From contig CBDDEL010000016.1 in assembly GCA_965226885.1 (NCBI GenBank), forward strand, positions 352,001-416,000: a stretch of DNA of 64,000 nt, given 5' to 3'. The translations under genes and the position numbers were made by a program. The notes beneath the pieces are model-generated. The model searched no databases. It saw only the letters and a list, made by a program, of their open reading frames with translations, and was not told the origin of the DNA. This DNA comes from Opitutales bacterium. Its GTDB lineage: Bacteria > Verrucomicrobiota > Verrucomicrobiia > Opitutales > UBA2987. This document shows positions 1-10,600 of the stretch, in pieces (the stretch's first letter is position 1; each line of letters begins with the position of its first letter).

Positions 1-467
1 GCAAAGGCCGCCCGCCGATCCTGCCCGTTTTCAAAACGACACAAAGTCGGCGCGCTGGCCAACGTTTCAATGCGCCCCGTTACCGTTTGCAACAATGGAT
101 CTTGGCGCAGGGTATCAAAGTCGTTCAAATCCTCATAGCCCGCCACCAGCCCGTAAACGCGCTGCCGCAGCATCCCCAAGACCTCATGGCGTACTTTGCC
201 CTTCTGCCGTTTGTCCACTAACTGTCGGGCCGCTCGTTCGGTCAAGCCCAACTGCCGATCCACTTCCCGGATCAAAAGCAGTCCGGCATCCGAAGTAACC
301 TCTCCGCCCTTGAAATCAACCCGCACACGGCGGCCTTTTACCCTTGTCAACTGTAGCTTTAATTGCTTACCTTTTGTCATCGCTGATATTGCTTTAATTA
401 TTGATCTATCCTGCTGTATATCAGCAGTTAAGCATATCAACGATACTTTTTTTACGAAATATCCGGG
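1..467 (-). mobile_element. IS1380-family element, copy 1 (left end only; runs off window)
   Basis: Near-identical to the 5' part of the 1567-bp element at 30520-32086; terminal IR CCCGGATATTTC ends at 467, flank CTAG 468-471. Confidence 0.93.
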
Positions 468-552
468 CTAGGAGTTCTACCGGTTGCAGGCGCGTCCGAT
501 ATAAACCGTTGCGCCCGGCGGTGATTTTGGTTTCAGTTTGCAGCAGTATTTT

Positions 553-1731
553 ATGACGGCTGCGCTTTCCATCACCGGGCATTTGGAAGGGCCTTTTGAT
601 GAGGCTGCTCTGGAGCAGTGGGCCAAGGAGCTGGGCCGGCAGTTGAGCGGGGAGGTGTCCCTGGGGATTGTTTTCATGGGGCCGCCTTTTTTCGACCATG
701 CCGGGCAAGCCCTGGAGATTATTCGCATCAATGCCCGCGTGCCCCTCCTTGTTGGTTGTTCGAGCATGGGCCTTATCGCCAATGAGCATGAAATTGAAAT
801 CGGCAGCGGTCTGGCGCTTAGTCTCTTCAGCTTGCCGGGCGCCCGCTTAAAGGCCTTGCACTTCACGGCGGAGGAAATTGCCTCGACCGAGGATGTCGAG
901 GAATTCACGGGGATTTCCCGCTCTCAAACCAATGGCTGGCTGCTCCTGGCAGACCCTTTTCATTTGCGCACCGACAATTGGCTGGAGCGCTGGAATGATG
1001 CCTATTCCCCCAGTCCACTGCTGGGCGGCCTGGCCGGGGGGTTGGCGGGAAAACCGGAGTCTTTTCTTTACCTCAATGGCGAAGTTTTCAATGAGGGCAT
1101 GGTAGCCCTTTCGGTGGGGGGCGACATTTATCTGCAAGGGATTGTTTCGCAGGGCTGCACGCCCATCGGTGAAACCTGGACAATCACCGAAGTGGAGCAA
1201 AACAAAATCCTTGCCATCGCCAACAAACCGGCCTTCGCCATCCTGACGGAAACTTTTAACGGCCTCCCGGCCGCCATTCGGGAAAGGTCCAAATTCAATA
1301 TCTTTCTGGGCCTCGTTATTGATGAATACCAGGAGGATTTTCGGAGGGGCGACTTTCTTATCCGCAACTTGCTGGCGGCCGATCCCAAAAGCGGCGCCTT
1401 GACGGTGGGGGCCTATCCCCGGCCCGGCCAGACCCTCCAGTTCCAACTGCGCGACGCCGAGGCCGCGGATGAAGATTTGGCCGCTTCGCTGAACCTGGCC
1501 AAGGAAGCTCTGAATTCCGAAAATATCCTCGGCGGCTGCCTGTTTTCGTGCGCCGGACGGGGTGTGCATCTCTTCAACAGCCCCAACCACGACGCAAAAA
1601 TGATTCAGGAATCGTTGGGGCCGTTACCCCTGGTGGGGTTTTTCTGCCCCGGCGAAATCGGGCCGGTGGGTTCGCGCAGTTTTATCCACGGCTATACCGC
1701 GGCGCTGGTTCTATTTCTGAAGAAACCCTGA
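553..1731 (+). CDS. FIST N/C domain sensory protein (NosP-like)
   Basis: Motifs LLLADPF, GGLAGG, VSQGCTPIG, FSCAGRG and GFFCPGEIGP typical of FIST proteins; ATG at 553 chosen over TTG at 538. Confidence 0.85.
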   Translation: MTAALSITGHLEGPFDEAALEQWAKELGRQLSGEVSLGIVFMGPPFFDHAGQALEIIRINARVPLLVGCSSMGLIANEHEIEIGSGLALSLFSLPGARLKALHFTAEEIASTEDVEEFTGISRSQTNGWLLLADPFHLRTDNWLERWNDAYSPSPLLGGLAGGLAGKPESFLYLNGEVFNEGMVALSVGGDIYLQGIVSQGCTPIGETWTITEVEQNKILAIANKPAFAILTETFNGLPAAIRERSKFNIFLGLVIDEYQEDFRRGDFLIRNLLAADPKSGALTVGAYPRPGQTLQFQLRDAEAADEDLAASLNLAKEALNSENILGGCLFSCAGRGVHLFNSPNHDAKMIQESLGPLPLVGFFCPGEIGPVGSRSFIHGYTAALVLFLKKP

Positions 1732-1767
1732 CGACAATCAATCCGGCTTTTGAATAATAAAATATAG

Positions 1768-3018
1768 ATGGAATTTTTTGAAACCTTTGCCCTGGCGCTG
1801 ACGCTGACAGCCCTGTTCAGCTACCTTAACCATCGCTATATCGGGCTTCCCGCGACCATCGGGGTCATGACCGTCTCTTTGCTGCTTTCGCTCATGCTTG
1901 TTCTGGCCGGGGTTTTCCATGAGGGGGTGCAGGATTGGGCCCGGACATTGGCTGGCTCTTTTCATTTCAGCGAAACGCTTTTAAAGGGGATGTTGAGCTT
2001 TCTCCTGTTTGCCGGCGCCCTCCATGTCAACCTGGACGATCTATACGCCAACAAATGGATTATCGGGTCGTTGGCGCTTTTCGGGACGATTTGTTCGGCT
2101 TTCCTTATCGGCTTGGCCACTTGGTGGCTGCTGGCCGCGATCGGCATCGGCATGCCCTATATTTACTGCCTCATTTTCGGAGCCCTCATCTCCCCCACCG
2201 ATCCCATTGCCGTATTGGGCATCCTGAAAACGGCAGGAGCGCCCAAGAGCCTGGAAACAAAGATTGTGGGCGAATCGCTTTTTAACGACGGGGTTGGGGT
2301 GGTTCTGTTTCTGGTGGTTGTAGAATTGGCTATGGGGGGCCAGGGTCATGGAGGAGACGGCCACACCGCCGCATCCATTTCTTTATTGTTTGCCCAGGAG
2401 GTTCTGGGGGGCGGCATTTTCGGACTGGGGGCCGGTTATCTCGTTTATGGGATGCTCAAATCCGTGGACAACCCGCAGGTGGAAATACTGCTGACGCTGG
2501 CCCTGGTTGCGGGCGGCTATGCCCTGGCCGACGCCTTGGGGCTCTCGGGGCCTATTGCAATCGTGGTGGCGGGGCTGCTGATTGGAAACCAGGGGCGGCT
2601 TTTCGCCATGTCGAAGCGAACCCTTGAGCGACTCGACGGTTTTTGGGAGTTGATCGATGAAATACTCAACGCGGTTCTTTTCGTCCTCATTGGATTGGAG
2701 GTGATCCTGTTAACCTACACGGGGCCCACCCTGCTGGCGGGAATTTTGGCCATCCCCATGGCGCTGCTGGTGCGGTTGGCGGCGGTCAGCCTGCCCATTG
2801 CCCTATTACGGGTCCGGCGGGAATTCAGCCCCGGAGTGGTGCGTATTTTAACCTGGGGCGGATTGCGGGGCGGCATATCGGTGGCCCTGGCGCTCTCCCT
2901 GCAACCGGGGGAGGAAAGAGACCTCATACTCAGTCTCACCTATCCGGTGGTCCTGTTTTCCATCCTCGTGCAAGGCCTCACCATCGGCAAACTGATAAAG
3001 AAGATAGTTCCATCGTGA
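1768..3018 (+). CDS. nhaP: Na+/H+ antiporter, CPA1/NhaP family
   Basis: Highly hydrophobic 416 aa; ISPTDPIAV, GESLFNDG and WGGLRGG motifs. Confidence 0.9.
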   Translation: MEFFETFALALTLTALFSYLNHRYIGLPATIGVMTVSLLLSLMLVLAGVFHEGVQDWARTLAGSFHFSETLLKGMLSFLLFAGALHVNLDDLYANKWIIGSLALFGTICSAFLIGLATWWLLAAIGIGMPYIYCLIFGALISPTDPIAVLGILKTAGAPKSLETKIVGESLFNDGVGVVLFLVVVELAMGGQGHGGDGHTAASISLLFAQEVLGGGIFGLGAGYLVYGMLKSVDNPQVEILLTLALVAGGYALADALGLSGPIAIVVAGLLIGNQGRLFAMSKRTLERLDGFWELIDEILNAVLFVLIGLEVILLTYTGPTLLAGILAIPMALLVRLAAVSLPIALLRVRREFSPGVVRILTWGGLRGGISVALALSLQPGEERDLILSLTYPVVLFSILVQGLTIGKLIKKIVPS

Positions 3019-3164
3019 TGCGAGATACTGGTTGCGGGATTCAGGATGTAGGAGACAGGCGGTTGAATTCTATGGAATCGTCATTTTTTCGATTTCCCAA
3101 TTTCCCACTTTGAGAAAAGAAAATGCGCCGGTCTAGAAGACCAATAACCCTTTTCATATTTCAT

Positions 3165-3223
3165 GCAAAACGCCCAAGACCAGATGCGCGATTTATCGCG
3201 TTACCTGCTACGATTTGTTAGGC
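3165..3223 (-). other. attC site (59-base element)
   Basis: Minus strand reads GCCTAAC-AAATCGTAGCAGGTAACGCGATAAATCGCGCATCTGGTCTTGGGC-GTTTTGC: R'' RYYYAAC containing the stop codon, central CGCGAT/ATCGCG palindrome, R' starting GTT, 59 bp. Confidence 0.8.
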
Positions 3224-3809
3224 AATCCCACAATAATTTACAGCACCAATTGTTTCCGAGCAGAGGCCATATCCTTTCGCCTCATAGACTTCGAAGCATG
3301 CTGCGACGACTGGAACGGGTAGCTCCAACTCATTTGCGATTTCTTTTCCGTTTAGCTGCTGACCAATTTTGCATTCATCCAGGATTCTCGAAAAAGATTC
3401 CATTCTTTCACTGTTTTCATATAGGTGAAGGTGACAGAGGTACATCATGAATGACGGATCGGATAGCCAAATAGCCAATGGAAGATGCCTTCCCAATGTG
3501 CCTTCCCAATGCATGGTCACACCGAATTAGCCTCATTGCCGCCAATGTTGCAATGGGTCTACTGAAGTTCTCATAGAATTCGTCCTCAAATACGAGCTTG
3601 ATGTAGTTCGCTCGTTTCAACTCTTCATAGAGATGCTTAGATAATTCTGGTACGTCATCATGAAGAAAACTGATTGGATCCTCCAACCTACGAATGCGAT
3701 CAGAAAATTCCTTTGCATCAAGCTCTCCCTGTAGCTGAACAAGAGACGAAGCCCCAGGGAAAGAGGCTCCAGCGATACGGATCATGGAGAAAAACCAGTT
3801 TTTTTTCAT
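3218..3809 (-). pseudogene. Cassette-borne hypothetical protein (possible C-terminal HTH), frameshifted
   Basis: ATG at 3809 (MKKNWFF); two overlapping ORFs join into one frame when the 13-bp tandem duplication TGCCTTCCCAATG (3486-3511) is collapsed; stop lies within attC R''. Confidence 0.75.
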
Positions 3810-3814
3810 TTCTT

Positions 3815-3841
3815 GCCTAATATATTTCAGGCAGCGTCTAG
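3815..3841 (-). other. attI-like site C (core GTT changed to ATT; upstream part cut off by IS1380)
   Basis: CTAGACGCTGCCTGAAATAT-ATTAGGC matches sites at 8068-8094 and 16774-16800; ATTAGGC is a one-base mismatch to the complement of the cassette's R'' GCCTAAC. Confidence 0.65.
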
Positions 3842-5469
3842 CCCGGATATTTCGTAAAAAAAGTATCGTTGATATGCTTAACTGCTGATATACAGCAGGA
3901 TAGATCAATAATTAAAGCAATATCAGCGATGACAAAAGGTAAACAATTAAAGCTACAGTTGACAAGGGTAAAAGGCCGCCGTGTGCGGGTTGATTTCAAG
4001 GGCGGAGAGGTTACTTCGGATGCCGGACTGCTTTTGATCCGGGAAGTGGATCGGCAGTTGGGCTTGACCGAACGAGCGGCCCGACAGTTAGTGGACAAAC
4101 GGCAGAAGGGCAAAGTACGCCATGAGGTATTGGGGATGCTGCGGCAGCGCGTTTACGGGCTGGTGGCGGGCTATGAGGATTTGAACGACTTTGATACCCT
4201 GCGCCACGATCCATTGTTAGCAAACGGTAACGGGGCGCATTGAAACGTTGGCCAGCGCGCCGACTTTGTGTCGTTTTGAAAACGGGCAGGATCGGCGGGC
4301 GGCCTTTGCGGTAAACGAGCTGTTGGTCGAACAGTTCATGGGCTCCTTTGCCGAGGAACCCGAAGAGATCATCCTGGACTTTGACGCCACCGACACTCCG
4401 GTGCACGGGCTCCAGGAGGGACGTTTTTTCCACGGTTATTATGATCATTACTGTTTTCTGCCGCTATATGTTTTTTGCGGTGATCAGCTGCTGGTGGCCT
4501 ACCTGCGGCCGAGCAAGATCGATGCCAGCAAGCATGCCGGGGCCATCCTCAAATTGCTGGTTAAACGGATTCGCCAAAGCTGGCCCCGTACGCGGATTAT
4601 TTGGCGCGCCGACAGTGGATTTTGTCGAGACCGGATACTCTCTTGGTGCGACCGCAACGAAGTTAGTTACATCGTGGGGATGGCTCGCAATGCACGCTTG
4701 CAGCAAGACGCCCAGCAGTTGCAAAAGCAGGCCAAAGAATGGTTCGAACTAAGGGGTAAAAAACAACGGTTATTCCAGGACTTCGTCTATGCTGCCGATT
4801 CGTGGCGATGGCTGCGGTTGGTCATCCATAAAGCCGAACACACCGCACAGGGGTCCAACCCGCGCTTCGTGGTGACGAACCTGCCGGGCGATCCCCAGGA
4901 GCTTTACGACAAGGTATACTGTGGCCGCGGTGAAATGGAGAACCGCAACTGTGGCCGCGGTGAAATGGAGAACCGCAACTGTGGCCGCGGTGAAATGGAG
5001 AACCGCATCAAGGAACAGATGCAATTGTTCAGCGAGCGCACCAGCGCCCATCAATGGTGGGCCAATCAGTGGCGATTGCTCTTGTCGGCGCTGGCCTACA
5101 CCTTGATGGAAGCCATGCGCCGGTTAGCCTTAAAAGGGACGAAGTGGGCGCGGGCCCAATGGCACACCCTGCGGCTCAAATTAATCAAGATCGGAGCGGT
5201 CATCGTGCGCAACACCCGAACGATTCACTTTCACCTAAGTGAGAGTTATCCTTGGGCCAGTCTTTTCAACCATGCGGCCCGCCGATTGGTGCCAACCTAA
5301 AGGGTGCATTGGTGCTGCCCCCGGCACTACCGAACCAATGGGGGAAAGGGGGCAGTGTCTCTACACCCTGAAAAACACCTAAAAATCAAGACGATCTGCT
5401 CAAAATACAAAGAAATCCATCTCCAATAGCAATAACGAGCCAAACTTTACCCTTCATGAAATATCCGGG
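3842..5469 (+). mobile_element. IS1380-family element, copy 2 (transposase frameshifted)
   Basis: IRs CCCGGATATTTC/GAAATATCCGGG; 1628 bp = 1567 + 1-bp insertion near 4219 + 60 bp from a triplicated 30-mer; flanks CTAG/CTAA do not match. Confidence 0.95.
4918..5007 (+). repeat. Perfect 30-bp tandem repeat x3 inside transposase
   Basis: ACTGTGGCCGCGGTGAAATGGAGAACCGCA three times; single copy in the other full IS1380 copies. Confidence 0.97.
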
Positions 5470-5503
5470 CTAAAGGCCCCATCCAGCATCTTGCATCTAT
5501 TCA

Positions 5504-5935
5504 CTAGTGCGTCAGAGATCCCCCGAAATACAGCCCCACGATAGCCGCCAGCAAATGCTTATCCAACGGCGTGATGACCAGCCCGTGCATCTGCTCCCAA
5601 ACGATCTTCTCCCCCTCGCTCCCGAAAAACCAGAATCCCCTCGTCATTTCCGCATAACCGAAAAACACCGCCGTCTCAGGCATGAAAACCGCCACCATCT
5701 TGGGAAAAGCGATGACGAAAAAAACCGCCATCAAAGCGATCGTCCGCCGCGTCCACTGGAACCCCCGGTTCTCATAACGCCGCGCCTTCCCGATGATGTC
5801 CGCCTTGGCATTGAGCGCCTGCAACACATAAGTGCGCTCCAATCGCCGGGACTCATTCGTCTTCGACCAAATTTTCATCGCTCCCCCCAAAAAAGAAGAG
5901 CCCAAAAGAGTAACAAGTTCCATCGGCACAGGCAT
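5504..5935 (-). CDS. Small multi-TM protein resembling a marine phage membrane (holin-like) protein
   Basis: N-terminal amphipathic helix, GFQWTRRTIAL motif, hydrophobic segments and C-terminal AIVGLYFGGSL; similarity to phage proteins is from recall, not a search. Confidence 0.6.
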   Translation of the reverse strand: MPVPMELVTLLGSSFLGGAMKIWSKTNESRRLERTYVLQALNAKADIIGKARRYENRGFQWTRRTIALMAVFFVIAFPKMVAVFMPETAVFFGYAEMTRGFWFFGSEGEKIVWEQMHGLVITPLDKHLLAAIVGLYFGGSLTH

Positions 5936-6221
5936 TTTTATATTTTCCAAAAAGTTAAAGGTTGATCCAAAAATTGCTTAATAAACTAATGTTCACTATT
6001 CAAACGCTTAAAAAAACCAAGAAACCACTGCATCGGGCACCAATTCCTCGGAAGACACCCACCATACCACAAAATCAACAAAGCGTCAATGGATAGGTTG
6101 GCTCCGTTTGATGCGTTTGAATAAACATCAAAAAAAACACCAAAAACCCCCAAAAAACCGAAAATATCCAAAAAAAACCCAGAAAATCCACCTCCCAATC
6201 CCAATTCTGGCTCCAATCTCC

Positions 6222-7833
6222 GGTAGTGTATAAAAAAAGAATGTTATTTTGTATTTTTAGCTGTACAAATAGCGTTAGGCAGTTTATTTTTAGTGCATGG
6301 TTACTAAAATTATTAATTGTCGGCACTGTGGAAGTGAAAATATCATTAAATTTGGCAAGACGCCCAACCATAAACAGCGCTACCGCTGCCATGATTGTGG
6401 TAAACAAAGCCGCGAAAACCCCACAGTGAAATACACCGAAGAGCAAAAAGAAATGATCCTTCGAGTCTATCAGGAACGCAGCAGTCTACGCGGTTTACAG
6501 CGCGCCTTCGGGGTGAGTCCCAACACCGTTTTGAGTTGGTTAAAAAAAACGACAATCGCTGCGCCCGCTCAAAAGCACGATTCTTGCGGCCCGCCGCCAT
6601 GATGTCATTGAACTGGACGAACTGTGGTCTTTTGTGGGGCGCAAGAGCGATGCCCAATGGGTTTGGATCGCTCTTTGCCGACGCACCCGTCAAATCCTCT
6701 CCTATGCCATTGGGCCTCGGGATTGGTATCGTTGCCGGGAACTTTACGAGCGTCTGCCACGGGCCTACAAAAGATGTGCCACCTACAGCGACTTTTGGAG
6801 CACTTATGATGAAGTCTTTCCGGTAGTGTATTAAGTAGGAATGGTGGCTAATTCTTGATTATATTGATGAATGAAAAGTCTCAGACAGGTTTCATGCATA
6901 CTCTTAAGCTTGGAAAAGGAGAGGGTTTTGCGTGTGAAACGACCCAGTCGTTGGCGCAGGGTATTGTTCCATCGTTCCACATGGGCCGTTTCACCGGTTT
7001 CTTTTCCCACGGATCGGTTATGAGGAAAGACTTCATCATAAGTGCTCCAAAAGTCGCTGTAGGTGGCACATCTTTTGTAGGCCCGTGGCAGACGCTCGTA
7101 AAGTTCCCGGCAACGATACCAATCCCGAGGCCCAATGGCATAGGAGAGGATTTGACGGGTGCGTCGGCAAAGAGCGATCCAAACCCATTGGGCATCGCTC
7201 TTGCGCCCCACAAAAGATCACAGTTCGTCCAGTTCAATGACATCATGGCGGCGGGCCGCAAGAATCGTGCTTTTGAGCGGTCGTAGCGATTGTCGTTTTT
7301 TTTAACCAACTCAAAACGGTGTTGGGACTCACCCCGAAGGCGCGCTGTAAACCGCGTAGACTGCTGCGTTCCTGATAAACTCGAAGGATCATTTCTTTTT
7401 GCTCTTCGGTGTATTTCACTGTGGGGTTTTCGCGGCTTTGTTTACCACAATCATGGCAGCGGTAGCGCTGTTTATGGTTGGGCGTCTTGCCAAATTTAAT
7501 GATATTTTCACTTCCACAGTGCCGACAATTAATAATTTTAGTAACCATGCACTAAGAATAAACTGCCTAACGCTATTTGTACAGCTAAAAATACAAAATA
7601 ACATTCTTTTTTTATACACTACCGTCTTTCCTCATAACCGATCCGTGGGAAAAGAGACCGGTGAAACGGCCCATGTGGAACGATGGAACAATACCCTGCG
7701 CCAACGACTGGGTCGTTTCACACGCAAAACCCTCTCCTTTTCCAAGCTTAAGAGTATGCATGAAACCTGTCTGAGACTTTTCATTCATCAATATAATCAA
7801 GAATTAGCCACCATTCCTACTTAATACACTACC
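6222..7833 (+). mobile_element. IS1-family element A (insA/insB), interrupted by an inverted copy of itself
   Basis: Ends GGTAGTGT/ACACTACC; 8-bp TSD CAATCTCC; InsA zinc ribbon (CRHCGS..CHDC) 6297-6602; A8 slippery site. Confidence 0.95.
6822..7623 (-). mobile_element. IS1-family element A, nested copy (802 bp)
   Basis: 8-bp TSD GTCTTTCC; insA 7243-7548 and insB frame ending 6831. Confidence 0.95.
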
Positions 7834-7994
7834 CAATCTCCCAAATTCTGACTCCAAAATCCAATATTATACCTCTGCCCCATCCAGCATCCAGTATCCT
7901 TCTCCATATCCCCAGTGCGCCCGTGAGAAAAACCACAGATCAGACAGATAAACGCAGATAAAAAAGCAATAATTCGCGGAATCCTGATAAAACC

Positions 7995-8094
7995 CTTCTC
8001 AACCAAGAAATTGACAACGCAATTGTAAATTTCGGTCAAAATTTTACCGTATCCTATCATTCGTTACGTGGACGCTGCCTATAATATGTTAAAT
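7995..8094 (+). promoter_or_regulatory. attI-like site A with putative cassette promoter
   Basis: About 75% identical (72/96, manual ungapped count) to 16701-16796, homology ends exactly at GTT; core GTTAAAT 8088-8094; TTGTAA-N16-TACCGT upstream. Confidence 0.7.
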
Positions 8095-8116
8095 GAAATA
8101 CAAGGAGTGAATATCT

Positions 8117-8878
8117 ATGAGTAAATCGCCAATTGTGTTGTTCGCATTCGCGCTCTGCAGTATGGGCTGCACGTTGTTGACACAACTGACGGAAGCAAAC
8201 ACAGGACAACACCCACAGTCATTCAAGGCAGAGATAACGAAAACACTACGAGCAAACTACTTGCTGTATATCCCTGACCAATATCCAACTTCGCTGAAAG
8301 AGTGGCCGCTTATTTTGTTTCTTCATGGCTCAGGAGAACGCGGTAGCGACTTGAGTAAGGTTGAAGATCACGGTATACTGAAGCTTATTGCCAAAGAGGG
8401 AAAGCATTTCCCTTTTGTCATTGCTTCTCCTCAATGTCCAAAGAATAGTTTTTGGGACAACGAATTACAGATCGATATACTGAGTGGGATTTTGGATGAT
8501 GTTCTTTCACAATACCGCATCGACAAAGATAAAATATACGTCACGGGACTCAGTATAGGTGGTTTCGGCACCTGGGGCATTGCCGAAGCGTATCCCAATA
8601 GATTTGCTGGGATCGCGCCAATCTGTGGCGGCGGGGATCCCGAAAATGCAGAAAGTATCGCCCATTTGCCGATATGGGTTTTCCATGGAGCGAATGACCC
8701 AAGAGTGCCCCTTAGGAGATCCGAGGAAATGGTCACTGCTTTGCAAAAGGCTGGCAGCAAAGTCAAATTTACTGTCTATCCTGATACCGGACATAACGCC
8801 TGGACTGAAACGTATAACAATCCCGATCTATATGAATGGTTTCTGAAACATTCTCGCCAACCTATAGAATCAGAGTAG
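8117..8878 (+). CDS. Alpha/beta-hydrolase (predicted peptidase/carboxylesterase, COG4099-like), probably secreted; cassette gene
   Basis: LFLHGSGERG, GLSIGG nucleophile elbow, WVFHGAND and GHNAW; signal/lipobox-like N-terminus; starts 22 bp after GTTAAAT. Confidence 0.85.
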   Translation: MSKSPIVLFAFALCSMGCTLLTQLTEANTGQHPQSFKAEITKTLRANYLLYIPDQYPTSLKEWPLILFLHGSGERGSDLSKVEDHGILKLIAKEGKHFPFVIASPQCPKNSFWDNELQIDILSGILDDVLSQYRIDKDKIYVTGLSIGGFGTWGIAEAYPNRFAGIAPICGGGDPENAESIAHLPIWVFHGANDPRVPLRRSEEMVTALQKAGSKVKFTVYPDTGHNAWTETYNNPDLYEWFLKHSRQPIESE

Positions 8879-8888
8879 TGAAAAATCC

Positions 8889-8997
8889 ACCAAACAAGCC
8901 GGAAGCAGACAATGGCTTGTAGCCGCGATATTCATCCTCCAGCCATTTTGACTAGAACCTATCCCCTCCCAACCCGCGCAAGGATCGACGGAGTTAG
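8889..8997 (+). other. Degenerate or chimeric attC-like site whose R' core is split by IS1380
   Basis: Begins ACCAAAC-AAGCC 10 bp after the stop; removing IS1380 and one TTAG restores GGA-GTTAGGC (perfect GTTRRRY); the arms pair poorly. Confidence 0.45.
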
Positions 8998-10578
8998 CCC
9001 GGATATTTCATGAAGGGTAAAGTTTGGCTCGTTATTGCTATTGGAGATGGATTTCTTTGTATTTTGAGCAGATCGTCTTGATTTTTAGGTGTTTTTCAGG
9101 GTGTAGAGACACTGCCCCCTTTCCCCCATTGGTTCGGTAGTGCCGGGGGCAGCACCAATGCACCCTTTAGGTTGGCACCAATCGGCGGGCCGCATGGTTG
9201 AAAAGACTGGCCCAAGGATAACTCTCACTTAGGTGAAAGTGAATCGTTCGGGTGTTGCGCACGATGACCGCTCCGATCTTGATTAATTTGAGCCGCAGGG
9301 TGTGGCATTGGGCCCGCGCCCACTTCGTCCCTTTTAAGGCTAACCGGCGCATGGCTTCCATCAAGGTGTAGCCATCAAGGTGTAGGCCAGCGCCGACAAG
9401 AGCAATCGCCACTGATTGGCCCACCATTGATGGGCGCTGGTGCGCTCGCTGAACAATTGCATCTGTTCCTTGATTCGGTTCTCCATTTCACCGCGGCCAC
9501 AGTATACCTTGTCGTAAAGCTCCTGGGGATCGCCCGGCAGGTTCGTCACCACGAAGCGCGGGTTGGACCCCTGTGCGGTGTGTTCGGCTTTATGGATGAC
9601 CAACCGCAGCCATCGCCACGAATCGGCAGCATAGACGAAGTCCTGGAATAACCGTTGTTTTTTACCCCTTAGTTCGAACCATTCTTTGGCCTGCTTTTGC
9701 AACTGCTGGGCGTCTTGCTGCAAGCGTGCATTGCGAGCCATCCCCACGATGTAACTAACTTCGTTGCGGTCGCACCAAGAGAGTATCCGGTCTCGACAAA
9801 ATCCACTGTCGGCGCGCCAAATAATCCGCGTACGGGGCCAGCTTTGGCGAATCCGTTTAACCAGCAATTTGAGGATGGCCCCGGCATGCTTGCTGGCATC
9901 GATCTTGCTCGGCCGCAGGTAGGCCACCAGCAGCTGATCACCGCAAAAAACATATAGCAGCAGAAAACAGTAATGATCATAATAACCGTGGAAAAAACGT
10001 CCCTCCTGGAGCCCGTGCACCGGATTGTCGGTGGCGTCAAAGTCCAGGATGATCTCTTCGGGTTCCTCGGCAAAGGAGCCCATGAACTGTTCGACCAACA
10101 GCTCGTTTACCGCAAAGGCCGCCCGCCGATCCTGCCCGTTTTCAAAACGACACAAAGTCGGCGCGCTGGCCAACGTTTCAATGCGCCCCGTTACCGTTTG
10201 CAACAATGGATCGTGGCGCAGGGTATCAAAGTCGTTCAAATCCTCATAGCCCGCCACCAGCCCGTAAACGCGCTGCCGCAGCATCCCCAATACCTCATGG
10301 CGTACTTTGCCCTTCTGCCGTTTGTCCACTAACTGTCGGGCCGCTCGTTCGGTCAAGCCCAACTGCCGATCCACTTCCCGGATCAAAAGCAGTCCGGCAT
10401 CCGAAGTAACCTCTCCGCCCTTGAAATCAACCCGCACACGGCGGCCTTTTACCCTTGTCAACTGTAGCTTTAATTGTTTACCTTTTGTCATCGCTGATAT
10501 TGCTTTAATTATTGATCTATCCTGCTGTATATCAGCAGTTAAGCATATCAACGATACTTTTTTTACGAAATATCCGGG
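8998..10578 (-). mobile_element. IS1380-family element, copy 3 (frameshifted by 14-bp duplication)
   Basis: TSD TTAG; CCATCAAGGTGTAG duplicated at 9358-9385; 1581 bp. Confidence 0.95.
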
Positions 10579-10600
10579 TTAGGCAAAAAATCACCGAGCA

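Noticed and set aside
3810..3908. ORF N-termini beginning MIYPAVYQQLSISTILFLRNIR (also at 30586 and 55432)
   Set aside because: This peptide is the antisense read-out of the IS1380 left end fused by chance to flanking frames, not a shared leader.
4918..5007. 30-bp repeats as a mini-CRISPR array
   Set aside because: No spacers; it is an in-frame triplication inside a transposase. No CRISPR array or cas gene was seen in the window.
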